The notes under the pieces are model-generated. The model was not told the origin of the DNA and did no database searches. It was given only the letters and a program-made list of their open reading frames with translations. From an uncultured Gemmatimonadales bacterium (GTDB lineage Bacteria > Gemmatimonadota > Gemmatimonadetes > Gemmatimonadales > GWC2-71-9): 64,000 nt of DNA. Within the stretch, counting starts at the first letter, position 1. Every line of letters starts with the position of its first letter. The position numbers and the translations under genes were made by a program. Positions 9,764 to 18,726 of this stretch are shown piece after piece. Location of the stretch: assembly GCA_963795085.1 (NCBI GenBank), contig CAWCFX010000004.1, forward strand, positions 704,001 to 768,000, in the 5' to 3' direction.

Positions 9764-10658
9764 TTCCGTTGCCGCTGTCCAGCAGGAACTTGTAGCTCCC
9801 GTCGGGCTGCCGGCGCCACACGGTGAGATACTTGCCCTGGTAAACCGAGGCGCCCGGTTCGCGCGATGACCGGATCGTTGCTTCGCCGGCAGTGAACCCG
9901 AGGTCGCCGCCGGCGGCAGCGCCGCCAAAGACCGGGTGCCAGGCCCACACCGAAAGCATCCGGGCCGGCGTGGAGAGGCGTGCCTGGATAGCCTCGGGGC
10001 CAATCAGCAGGGGCCGCTCTCCCGGCGGTGTCGTCGCGTCGGGCGCCGCGTAGCGCCCAAAGGCGATACCGGCTCCACTGTCCCCCGCCAGCCTGGCAAA
10101 GGCCAGGTCCGCCTCGGCCATCAGCCGGGCCGGGCCGTTCATCAACGGCACCGGCCCCCGGTCAGGATCCGCCAGCGGCTGCAGCTTTCCTTCCCCGATG
10201 AGCCCGTTCTCGAGCAGCGCGACGATCTTCCAGGGTTGGGTCGGCGCCATCCGCCGCCAGACGATGATGTAGTGCCCATGAACCGAAGCCGAATCGGGCG
10301 GGTGGGCCATCCGCCGGATGATGGTGGCGCCGGTCGTAGCTCCATAGGTGCCATCGCCGGAAACCGCCAGAAATACGGGCAGACGCTCCAGCCGGACCTG
10401 GCTGATGGCCGGCTGGGAGGCGAGGGCGTGAATGATGCGGCTCCGGCTGGCAATAAAGGGCGCCCCTTCCAGCAGCAGCACCGCGTCTTCGGCCAGCGCT
10501 CCCTCGAGCCCGGCGACCAGGCCCCGGTCGAAGACGGATCTCGCGACCGCCTGCTCCGCCTCCAGCAGAGACGCCTGGGCTTCCGGGGCGCCCTGGGCAT
10601 GCAGGGGCGCCAGGGCCGTGACCAGCAGGATGGATGCGGTAACAGTGAAGCGATTCAT
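9756..10658 (-). CDS. Secreted tandem DUF4440/SnoaL-like (NTF2-fold) protein
   Basis: Signal peptide; two repeats ending GHYIIVWRR and GKYLTVWRRQPDGSYK. Confidence 0.82.
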   Translation of the reverse strand: MNRFTVTASILLVTALAPLHAQGAPEAQASLLEAEQAVARSVFDRGLVAGLEGALAEDAVLLLEGAPFIASRSRIIHALASQPAISQVRLERLPVFLAVSGDGTYGATTGATIIRRMAHPPDSASVHGHYIIVWRRMAPTQPWKIVALLENGLIGEGKLQPLADPDRGPVPLMNGPARLMAEADLAFARLAGDSGAGIAFGRYAAPDATTPPGERPLLIGPEAIQARLSTPARMLSVWAWHPVFGGAAAGGDLGFTAGEATIRSSREPGASVYQGKYLTVWRRQPDGSYKFLLDSGNGRN

Positions 10659-13600
10659 TATCCGGCTGAACCGGTGGCCCGGTCCCCAGGTGGAGGGTTC
10701 AGCGCCCGGCGGCGAACCAGGGCGCGTTCGATTTCATATGCGGTGTACGACCCGAAGTCTCCCAGCTGGCGCACGGTACCTCCCTCCAGCGCCGCGAGCG
10801 GCACACCGTCGCCGAAGACGATCCGGTTCTTGCGAAGTGCCGGCACCCGCTCGCCCGGCGTGACGATACCCACGAGGTTGAGCGGATCGGCGGCGCTGAT
10901 GCTGATCAGCCGGCCCGCAGGCGGCTCCCGGCGGACCGCCCGAAGCGAGCCCACCGCCTCGGGCAAGGCGAACTGTTCGCCCGACATGCCATGCACGAAG
11001 CGGCCGCCCCGGATTTCGCCCCGCGCCTCCAGACGGCGGTACACCATCGCCAGTTTCCGCCAGGGAATCGTCAGGCTCTCCCGCAGCAGGGCCCGGCGGA
11101 AGACCACCCCATAGCGGCGGAGAAAAGTCCAGGCCGCGGCCTCGATGGCCTCGCCCTCGTCCCGCGGGCCGGCATGGCTCAGCAGCGACCAGCGCCCCGC
11201 GCTCTCCACGCCGGCCGCCGCCATGCGGAACCGGCGGGTGCTGCTTCCGAACGGCTTTCGCCTGTCGGAGGGAACCAGCAGTGCCCGCAACCCCGCGAAA
11301 CTGTCCGAGGTCACCAGGCCCGCCGCCGCCAGTTCGCCCAGCGCGGCTTCGACCTGGGTATTGAGCAGGCCGGACCCCTGCACCAGATCATGATAAAACG
11401 AAGCGCCCCGCTGCTGTAGTACGCTCAGCACTTCCCTGGCATAGGTTGACAGCCCCTCGCCCGGGTTTTCCGGGACGCTCTGCAGGGCCAGCCACAGGTC
11501 GGCATGGGGACGGAGGAACAACGCGATGGGGGTGGAACGAATCGGCCGGCCCGCCTCTCCGCCCCCCCGTTTCCCGTCGAGCCGTCCCCACATCACCCGG
11601 CCGGTCAGGCAGAGCGTATCCAGGAGCGTGGGATCGTAGTCTTCACAACGGGCCGCCAGCAGGTCGCTCTCCCAGGCTGCCGCCGGACTCTCGAATCCAT
11701 CCAGCTGGCCGACGACGGAGGCGAGTCCTTCCACTCCGCGCACCCGGTGGTCCGGATCCATGCGCTGCCAGGCGAAGAGGAAGCGCAGGTACTCCGCCTG
11801 GGTGACCGGCGCGATTTCCGCACGGAGCCGGTTGAGCGTGTAGCGGTGAATCCGGGCCAGCAGCCGGCGGTCGCACCACTCGAGGGGGCCAGGGGGCAAG
11901 GCGGCCAGGGGGCTGTTGGTCCTGTCACGCGGGGTGAATGTCCCCCGTAGCACCACCCCTTCGCCTTCCAGCTGGGCCAGGGCAATGTCGGCGTCCGAAC
12001 TATCAATGCCCAGTGATTCGGCCAGGGCTGCAGCGGTGACGGGACCAACAACCTCCAGCCGCCCGCGCAGCAACTCCCGGATTGCCCCGCTGCGGTCCAG
12101 GGTAGAGCCCGGGGGAGCCGGCTCGGCGGGGCGCAGCAGGGCTTCGGGGTGAACCCGAACGATCTCGTCGGTCCGCTCGGTGGCCACCCAGAGGAAGAGG
12201 CCTCTCGCCGGGACCGCGATGCGCTTGACCCGCCCAGTCGCCTCCAGCTGGTCCAGCAGCGGCACCCAGCCGGACGCCGCCTCTCCCGCCGGCCTCGTGG
12301 CTTCCGGGTTCGAGACAAAGCCGGCCATGAGCAGCGCGTCGTGCATCTCGTCGGCGTCGCGGGGGTCGGGCCAGGCTTCTTCCCGCACCCGCTCGATGGC
12401 CGCGGAGTCCAGCGCTCCCAGGTCGGCGGCGGTCGAAGGGTCGAGCGCGCGGCGGGTCAGCACGGCCTGGGTCCGCCGCTCTTCGAGCGGCGCATCGTCG
12501 AGGAAGGCGTACGGCTTGGCGTTCAGGATTTCGTGGGTAAGCGGCGATGGCTCGGGCAGGTCCCGGGCAATGAGCCGGACCCGGCCGCCGTGAATCTTCT
12601 CCAGGATCTCCTTGAGCTGGTCAACATCCATGGCCTCCCGGAGGCAGTCGCTGATGGTCTGCCGGGCCAGCGGATGGCCGGGGATCTCCCGGTCGCCGGG
12701 AATGTTTTCCAGGCAGGCGGCCGCATCCGGGAACACGGCGGAGAGCAGGTCTTCCGACATCATCCGCTGCAGTTGGGGGGCGACCTTGGCGCCGTTCCTG
12801 TTGCGGGGGACCGCCAGCGAGATGTTCGCGTTCCACCGCCACCGGGTGCCGAACACGGGCGCGTCCAGCAGGGCCTGCACCAGGATATTCTCCAGCGAGG
12901 CCGGATGGAGGAAACGAAAGACATCGTCCAGCGGGAACGAGTGCTGCGGCCCCAGCGACAGGAGAATGGCTTCTTCGGTCGCGGCCGCCTGCAATTCGAA
13001 ATTGAACTGGCGGCAGAAGCGTTTGCGCAGCGCCAGTCCCCATGCCCGGTTGACCCGGCTGCCGAAGGGCGAGTGAATCACCAGCTGCATGCCGCCGGCC
13101 TCATCGAAGAACCGTTCGATGATGATCGTATCCTGGGTCGGGAGGGCGCCGAGGAGGCGGTGGGACTCGCCGAGGTAGGCGACGATCTGCTCGGCCGCGG
13201 CCCGCATCGCCGGCTCCCCTCCTTCTGACAGGGAAGGGGTGACCGCCAGTTCGGCTTCCAGCCAGGCGGCCGCGGTGCCGTCGTCGAGGCGCTGCTCCAC
13301 CTCGCGGCGCAGGGCTGCCACCGCCTGCGACAGTTCGGCGCTTCGGGCCGGCGCCTCGCCCAGCCAGAACGGGATAGTCGGCGGCTGGCCCTTCGCATCC
13401 TCGACCCGCACCGTGCCGCTCGCCACCTGCAGGATTCGCCAGGAGGTGTTGCCCAGCTGGAAGATGTCGCCGGCCGAGCTCTCGATGGCGAAGTCCTCGT
13501 TCAGGGTGCCGATGGTGATCCGCTCCGGCTCCAGCACCACCCGGTAGTCGGCATTCTCGGGGATGGCGCCGCCGGACATGATGGCCGCCATGCGGGCGCC

Positions 13601-15052
13601 GCGGCGTCCCCGGATCCGCTGGTTAATGGCGTCCTGGTGTACCAGCGCGCCCCGGCGGCCGCGCTGGGTGGCGAAGCCCTGCGACACCATTTGAACCACT
13701 TCGTCGAATTCTTCCCGCGCGAGGCCCCGGTAGGGATACGCGCCTCGATACAGGTCATACAACTCGCCCTGGCCCCAGTCCTCCGCCGCCGACTCGGCCA
13801 CGATCTGCTGGGCCAGCACATCGAGAGGCTTCTCCATCACGATGAGGTGGTCCAGCTCCCCGGCGCGCACCGCCCGGACCAGGGAGGCGCATTCCACGAG
13901 GTCGTCCCGGGTGAGCGGGAAAATCCGGCCTTTCGGCGTGCCCTGGACGGTATGACCTGACCGCCCCACCCGTTGCAGGAAGGTCGCGATGCGGTGGGGC
14001 GAGGAGATCTGGCATACCAGGTCCACGTGGCCGATATCGATGCCCAGCTCGAGCGAGGCGGTCGCGACCAGGGCGCGCAGCTTGCCGCCCCTGAGGCGCT
14101 CTTCGGCGTCCAGCCGGACCTCCTTGGCCAGGCTGCCATGGTGCGCGGTCACCGCGGACTCGCCCAGCCGTTCCGCCAGCTGCCGGGCCAGTCGCTCGGC
14201 CAGCCGGCGGGTATTGACGAAGACCAGGGTGGTCTGGTGCCCGGTAATCAGCTCGGTAAGACGCCCATAGACTTCTTCCCATACTTCCCCGGACATGACC
14301 GCCTCGAGCGGAGAACCGGGAAGCTCGAGCGCGAGATCCATCTCGCGGCGATGGCCGCGGTTGATGATCGTGACTGCTTCCGCCATCCCGCCGGTGCGGC
14401 CGCCGGCCAGCCACTTTGCCACCGTTTCGATGGGCTTCTGCGTCGCCGAGAGGCCGATCCGCTGAACCGGCTGCTCCGCCACATGGGCCAGCCGTTCCAG
14501 GGTGAGGGCGAGGTGGGCGCCTCGCCGCGACTCGATCACCGCATGGATTTCGTCCACGATGACCGTGCGGACCGTCTTGAGCATGTTGCGGCTGCGCTCG
14601 GCGGTCAGCAGGAGGTAGAGCGACTCGGGGGTCGTGACGAGAATGTGGGGCGGGTGGCGCAGCATGGCTGCCCGGTCCGCGGTCGGCGTGTCCCCGGTGC
14701 GCACCGCGGCGGTAATGCGGGCCGGGGCCAGGCCCATCGCCTCCGCCATCTGGCGGATCTCGCGCCGCGGCTCGGCCAGGTTCTTGTGGATGTCGCTGCT
14801 CAAGGCCTTGAGCGGCGACACGTAGATCACCCGCACCTCCTCCGGCAACTCGTGGTCGATGCCTTCCCGGAGCAGCTGGTCCAGCGCGTTGAGGAAGGCG
14901 GCCAGGGTCTTGCCGGAACCGGTCGGGGCCGCGATCAGCGTGTCCCGGCCGGCCCGAATGGCTTCCCAGCCCTCCTGCTGGGCAGAAGTAGGCTGGCCGA
15001 TTTTCTCAAGAAACCAGCGGGCAACGGCGGGATGGAAACCAGCGAGGGACAT
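10658..15052 (-). CDS. lhr: Lhr-family DEAD/H helicase with extended C-terminal domain
   Basis: APTGSGKT, DEIH, SAT, QRVGRSGH, PFWLGE, C-terminal RGEIRGGRFV..GEQFALP; 1464 aa. Confidence 0.92.
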   Translation of the reverse strand: MSLAGFHPAVARWFLEKIGQPTSAQQEGWEAIRAGRDTLIAAPTGSGKTLAAFLNALDQLLREGIDHELPEEVRVIYVSPLKALSSDIHKNLAEPRREIRQMAEAMGLAPARITAAVRTGDTPTADRAAMLRHPPHILVTTPESLYLLLTAERSRNMLKTVRTVIVDEIHAVIESRRGAHLALTLERLAHVAEQPVQRIGLSATQKPIETVAKWLAGGRTGGMAEAVTIINRGHRREMDLALELPGSPLEAVMSGEVWEEVYGRLTELITGHQTTLVFVNTRRLAERLARQLAERLGESAVTAHHGSLAKEVRLDAEERLRGGKLRALVATASLELGIDIGHVDLVCQISSPHRIATFLQRVGRSGHTVQGTPKGRIFPLTRDDLVECASLVRAVRAGELDHLIVMEKPLDVLAQQIVAESAAEDWGQGELYDLYRGAYPYRGLAREEFDEVVQMVSQGFATQRGRRGALVHQDAINQRIRGRRGARMAAIMSGGAIPENADYRVVLEPERITIGTLNEDFAIESSAGDIFQLGNTSWRILQVASGTVRVEDAKGQPPTIPFWLGEAPARSAELSQAVAALRREVEQRLDDGTAAAWLEAELAVTPSLSEGGEPAMRAAAEQIVAYLGESHRLLGALPTQDTIIIERFFDEAGGMQLVIHSPFGSRVNRAWGLALRKRFCRQFNFELQAAATEEAILLSLGPQHSFPLDDVFRFLHPASLENILVQALLDAPVFGTRWRWNANISLAVPRNRNGAKVAPQLQRMMSEDLLSAVFPDAAACLENIPGDREIPGHPLARQTISDCLREAMDVDQLKEILEKIHGGRVRLIARDLPEPSPLTHEILNAKPYAFLDDAPLEERRTQAVLTRRALDPSTAADLGALDSAAIERVREEAWPDPRDADEMHDALLMAGFVSNPEATRPAGEAASGWVPLLDQLEATGRVKRIAVPARGLFLWVATERTDEIVRVHPEALLRPAEPAPPGSTLDRSGAIRELLRGRLEVVGPVTAAALAESLGIDSSDADIALAQLEGEGVVLRGTFTPRDRTNSPLAALPPGPLEWCDRRLLARIHRYTLNRLRAEIAPVTQAEYLRFLFAWQRMDPDHRVRGVEGLASVVGQLDGFESPAAAWESDLLAARCEDYDPTLLDTLCLTGRVMWGRLDGKRGGGEAGRPIRSTPIALFLRPHADLWLALQSVPENPGEGLSTYAREVLSVLQQRGASFYHDLVQGSGLLNTQVEAALGELAAAGLVTSDSFAGLRALLVPSDRRKPFGSSTRRFRMAAAGVESAGRWSLLSHAGPRDEGEAIEAAAWTFLRRYGVVFRRALLRESLTIPWRKLAMVYRRLEARGEIRGGRFVHGMSGEQFALPEAVGSLRAVRREPPAGRLISISAADPLNLVGIVTPGERVPALRKNRIVFGDGVPLAALEGGTVRQLGDFGSYTAYEIERALVRRRALNPPPGDRATGSAG

Positions 15053-15112
15053 GGAGGGAAGATAATTGGCGATGGTTCAATAGTCATTGATCCATGCACC
15101 CATGGCCAGGGG

Positions 15113-16564
15113 CTACTGGCCGCTGGCCAATGCCTTGCCCAGGCTCTGCACCGTCTCCACCAGCATCCGCAGGTCGTCGATACGGGTTCTGTGATTGGTG
15201 ATCGCGCAGCGGATGGCGAACCGGCCACGCAGGACCGTACTGGAGGGCAGGGCGATACCAGAGTCCTGGAGCCGAAGCAGCAGTTCGCGGTTGAGCGCAT
15301 TCAGGCCGGTGTCATCCATTCCGGGACGGGTATAGCGGAAGCAGACCACGTTGAGCGGCACCGGGGCGAGCCGCTCCAGCTCCGGGGCGGCGTCGATCAG
15401 GTGGGCCAGGTGGCGGGCCTGCTCCACGTTCTGCCGGGCGAGGCGGCCGAAGGTTTCGGTGCCGTGTTCCAGGAACGACATCCACACCTTGAGGCTGCGG
15501 AACCCGCGGGAGAGTTCCGGGCCCAGCTGGGAGAAATCGACCGGGCCGGCCGCGGCTCCCCGTTCCAGCGGCTCCAGGTAGCTGGCGGCGGCCGCGAATG
15601 ACGCCTGCCGGTGGGCCGCCGCGTCCCGGAACAGGATGCAGCCGGCATCATACGGGACGTGCAGCCACTTGTGCAGGTCAAAGGCGAGCGAGTCGGCCCG
15701 CTCCATGCCCTCAAGCAGCGGCTTGAGCTCGGGTGCCAGGGCGGCAATGGCGCCGAACGCCCCGTCCACGTGGAGCCAGATCTTCTCGGCCTGGCAGAAA
15801 TCGGCCAGGTCCGCGAGTGGATCGATGGCGCCGGTATTGACCGTGCCGGCGTTGGCGACGATGCAGGCGGGCGTCATTCCGGCCGCCCGGTCGCTCTCGA
15901 CCCGGGCCCGGAGCGCGTCCATCTCGAGCCGGAACTCGCCGTCCACCGGGATCTTGCGGAGGAATGCCCGGCCGATCCCGAGCAGGGCGACGGCCTTGTC
16001 GATGGAACTGTGGGTCTGTTCGGAGCAATAGATGGTGCGCTGGGCCGGCTGGGCCCGCAGTCCGTCACTGGCGATATCGCCGGCCGAATCGCGCGCCACC
16101 GCGAGGCCCAGCAGGTTGGCCACCGACCCGCCGGTCACCAGGATGCCGCTTCCATCCCGGGGAAACCCCATTAGTTCCCGGCACCATTCCAGCACCTGCA
16201 GCTCTACCAGCGTCGCCGACTGCTGCCCCAGGGAGGCGTTGGTGTTCATCGCCGCCGCGATCAGTTCGGCCAGGATGCCGCCCGCGGTGCCGGAACCATT
16301 GACCCAGCCCCAGAAGCGGGGATGCCGGTTTCCCCACGCATAGGGAATCACCAGTTCCTTCGCAGCCTGGTAGCTGGCCTCGGCACCGATGCCGTCCCGG
16401 GGGACGGGCCGGCGCAGTCCCGCCCGGACCGACTCGGGGATCGGTTGCCAGACCGGGCGCTCTCGGACCGACTCCAGCTGGCTGAACATGTCGTCGAGAA
16501 TGGTGTGGCCCAGCGCGCGGAGGGCGGTCCAGTCGGAAGGGTCGAGGGTCGTTTCGTCGGTCAC
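15113..16564 (-). CDS. PLP-dependent group II amino acid decarboxylase
   Basis: HPRFWGWV, WLHVDGAFG, DLHKW (PLP lysine); GTG start inferred. Confidence 0.9.
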   Translation of the reverse strand: MTDETTLDPSDWTALRALGHTILDDMFSQLESVRERPVWQPIPESVRAGLRRPVPRDGIGAEASYQAAKELVIPYAWGNRHPRFWGWVNGSGTAGGILAELIAAAMNTNASLGQQSATLVELQVLEWCRELMGFPRDGSGILVTGGSVANLLGLAVARDSAGDIASDGLRAQPAQRTIYCSEQTHSSIDKAVALLGIGRAFLRKIPVDGEFRLEMDALRARVESDRAAGMTPACIVANAGTVNTGAIDPLADLADFCQAEKIWLHVDGAFGAIAALAPELKPLLEGMERADSLAFDLHKWLHVPYDAGCILFRDAAAHRQASFAAAASYLEPLERGAAAGPVDFSQLGPELSRGFRSLKVWMSFLEHGTETFGRLARQNVEQARHLAHLIDAAPELERLAPVPLNVVCFRYTRPGMDDTGLNALNRELLLRLQDSGIALPSSTVLRGRFAIRCAITNHRTRIDDLRMLVETVQSLGKALASGQ

Positions 16565-16598
16565 CGGGGCGTCCTGTAGTTTTGCCCCTAAGATAGCC

Positions 16599-17990
16599 TC
16601 AACGATGGAAGGCCAGCGCGCGCACCGCGGTTGCGGCCACCTGGGCGCTGCTGTCGTAGTTGGAGAGAATGACCACGGTATGGCCCGATTCGGGGTACAT
16701 CTCGATCTGGGCGCTGGTACCCGGGGCGTTGCCGCCTTTCCCGACCCGGTCCGGATGGCCGGCGAGTTCGAACCCGTAGCCGTTGGCCCGACCGAACGGG
16801 AGCTCGGTCCGTGGGGCCAGCAACTCCGCGGTGATGGCCAGCGGGAACAGCCGCGCCGATCGTAATGCATCGAGAAACGCCACCATGTCCCGGGCGGTGG
16901 AGTAGGCCCCTCCCGCCGGGGTGCCCTTGAGGCCCTGGAGGTCCGACGCGTCACGCCGGGCGGCTGGGCCGCCGGCCGTGGCGACCGTGTAGGTCGCCGC
17001 CCGCCGCGGATCCAGGCTGGTGATGGGCTCCCAGTTGGTATCCACCATGCCGGCGGGAGCCAGGATGTTGCGGCGCACATACTCCTCGTAGGAAACGCCC
17101 GAGACGCGTTCCACGATCAGGCCGGCGACGAGGTAGCACTCGTTGCAGTACCGGGTATCGGTGCCCGGCGCAAACTCGGGGGGAGCCGCGACCCGGCGAA
17201 CCAGTTCCGCCAGGGAAATGTTTTCGCGGAGCGCAATCCAGTCGGTGCTGGCACGGCCCAGGCCCGCCGTGTGGGCGAGCAGTTGGCCCACCGTGGCCCC
17301 GCGTGACGCCGCGATGGGATAGTCGGGAAGGAACCGGGACAGGGGGTCGTCAAAGGAGAGTTTTCCTTCGGCGACCAGCTTGCCGAGCGCGGCCGCGGTG
17401 ATGGCCTTGCCCACCGAGGCGATGGGAAACCGGGTGACCATCTGGTTGCGGGTCTGCTGCTCGCGGTTCGCCCATCCGAAGGCGCCCTCGAAAAGCACCC
17501 GGCCATGCCGGGCCACGATGACCGACCCGGAAAAGAGATCGGCCTTCTCCATCGCCTCGAAATAGGCGGCCAGGCGGCGGGCGAGTTCCCTATCCTCCAC
17601 CGCGCGAAGCGCGGCCTGGCGGAGTTCCGGCGGCGGGCCGCCTCCCATCCAGAAGACGGGCGCCTGGTCGGGTACGAAGCCCCCCAGGCTGTCGACCCGC
17701 ACCTCGAACCCGAGCCAACCCCGGGACGTCGTCCCCTCGACCCACACCCGGAGTTGGCGGGGTGAGGCCTCCTCGATTCGCCTGGCTTCCACCGGCCCGA
17801 CAGCCAGTCTCCATCGTCTCCAGCGGGCCGCCTCCAGCTGGTTGGCATTGAACGTACGAATGAGCGTGGCGGCGGCGGTTCCGGCCGGCGTATCGGGCAG
17901 CCGGTCAAGCACTCGGGCCGGCTCCCCCTGGGGCGAGGCCAGGGTGGAGGTGAGGGAGAGCAGCAGGGAGAAGAGCAGAACCCGGGGCAT
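16599..17990 (-). CDS. Secreted serine hydrolase (beta-lactamase family)
   Basis: Signal peptide, SVGK (SxxK), YCN, LLAHTAG. Confidence 0.88.
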   Translation of the reverse strand: MPRVLLFSLLLSLTSTLASPQGEPARVLDRLPDTPAGTAAATLIRTFNANQLEAARWRRWRLAVGPVEARRIEEASPRQLRVWVEGTTSRGWLGFEVRVDSLGGFVPDQAPVFWMGGGPPPELRQAALRAVEDRELARRLAAYFEAMEKADLFSGSVIVARHGRVLFEGAFGWANREQQTRNQMVTRFPIASVGKAITAAALGKLVAEGKLSFDDPLSRFLPDYPIAASRGATVGQLLAHTAGLGRASTDWIALRENISLAELVRRVAAPPEFAPGTDTRYCNECYLVAGLIVERVSGVSYEEYVRRNILAPAGMVDTNWEPITSLDPRRAATYTVATAGGPAARRDASDLQGLKGTPAGGAYSTARDMVAFLDALRSARLFPLAITAELLAPRTELPFGRANGYGFELAGHPDRVGKGGNAPGTSAQIEMYPESGHTVVILSNYDSSAQVAATAVRALAFHR

Positions 17991-18147
17991 GGCAGGTCTG
18001 ACGTGTCGGGATCCCATAGGGTTGCCCCAGGGCCGGCCGGGCGGACCAGGACCGGTTGGTTTATCCGCCGTCGGGCCCGCCCAGCTGCCCCGCGCGGTTC
18101 CCGGTCGCCGGTCCGCCGGTCCGGCCCCCGCTCCTTATATTCCTTCC

Positions 18148-18726
18148 ATGCCGCCCGCGATCTCCGACCTCGTCCACCGGGCTGAATCAGACCCCGCCGC
18201 CGCGGATCAGTTGTTTGCCCTGCTGTACGGCGAGCTGCGCCGGCTGGCCGATCATCATCTCCGCAGGAACGCCGGTCTCACCCTCAGCACCACCACCCTG
18301 GTCCACGAAGCGTGGCTCAGCATGTCCGGGCGGAAGGATGTCGAGTTTCCCGACCGCTCCAGGTTCTTCGCCTACGCCTCCCGCGCCATGCGGGGACTGG
18401 TGATCGACCGTGCCCGCCGCCGTGCTGCCCGGAAGCGGGGGCGCCAACTGGAGATTACTCTCGAAGAGGGCGTGGACGGTGCCGCGGTCCAGGCCGCGGC
18501 CGATCTTCCCGCCCTGGGTGAAGCGCTTGAGGAGTTGCAGGCGCTCGATCCCCGCCTGGCAGAACTGGTGGACCTGCACTTTTTCGCGGGCTTTTCCTTC
18601 GCGGAAATCGCCGGCTTCCGAACGGTCTCCGAGCGAACGGTCCAGCGGGACTGGAAGAAGGCGCGGTTGCTGCTTCACCGGATGCTCCGGGATACCGGCG
18701 CCGCCGGCTCACTGGCCGGAGACTAG
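18148..18726 (+). CDS. ECF sigma factor, TIGR02999-like (kinase-associated)
   Basis: LYGELRRLA, TLSTTTLVHEAW, RAMRGLVID.ARRR, VSERTVQRDW. Confidence 0.9.
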   Translation: MPPAISDLVHRAESDPAAADQLFALLYGELRRLADHHLRRNAGLTLSTTTLVHEAWLSMSGRKDVEFPDRSRFFAYASRAMRGLVIDRARRRAARKRGRQLEITLEEGVDGAAVQAAADLPALGEALEELQALDPRLAELVDLHFFAGFSFAEIAGFRTVSERTVQRDWKKARLLLHRMLRDTGAAGSLAGD

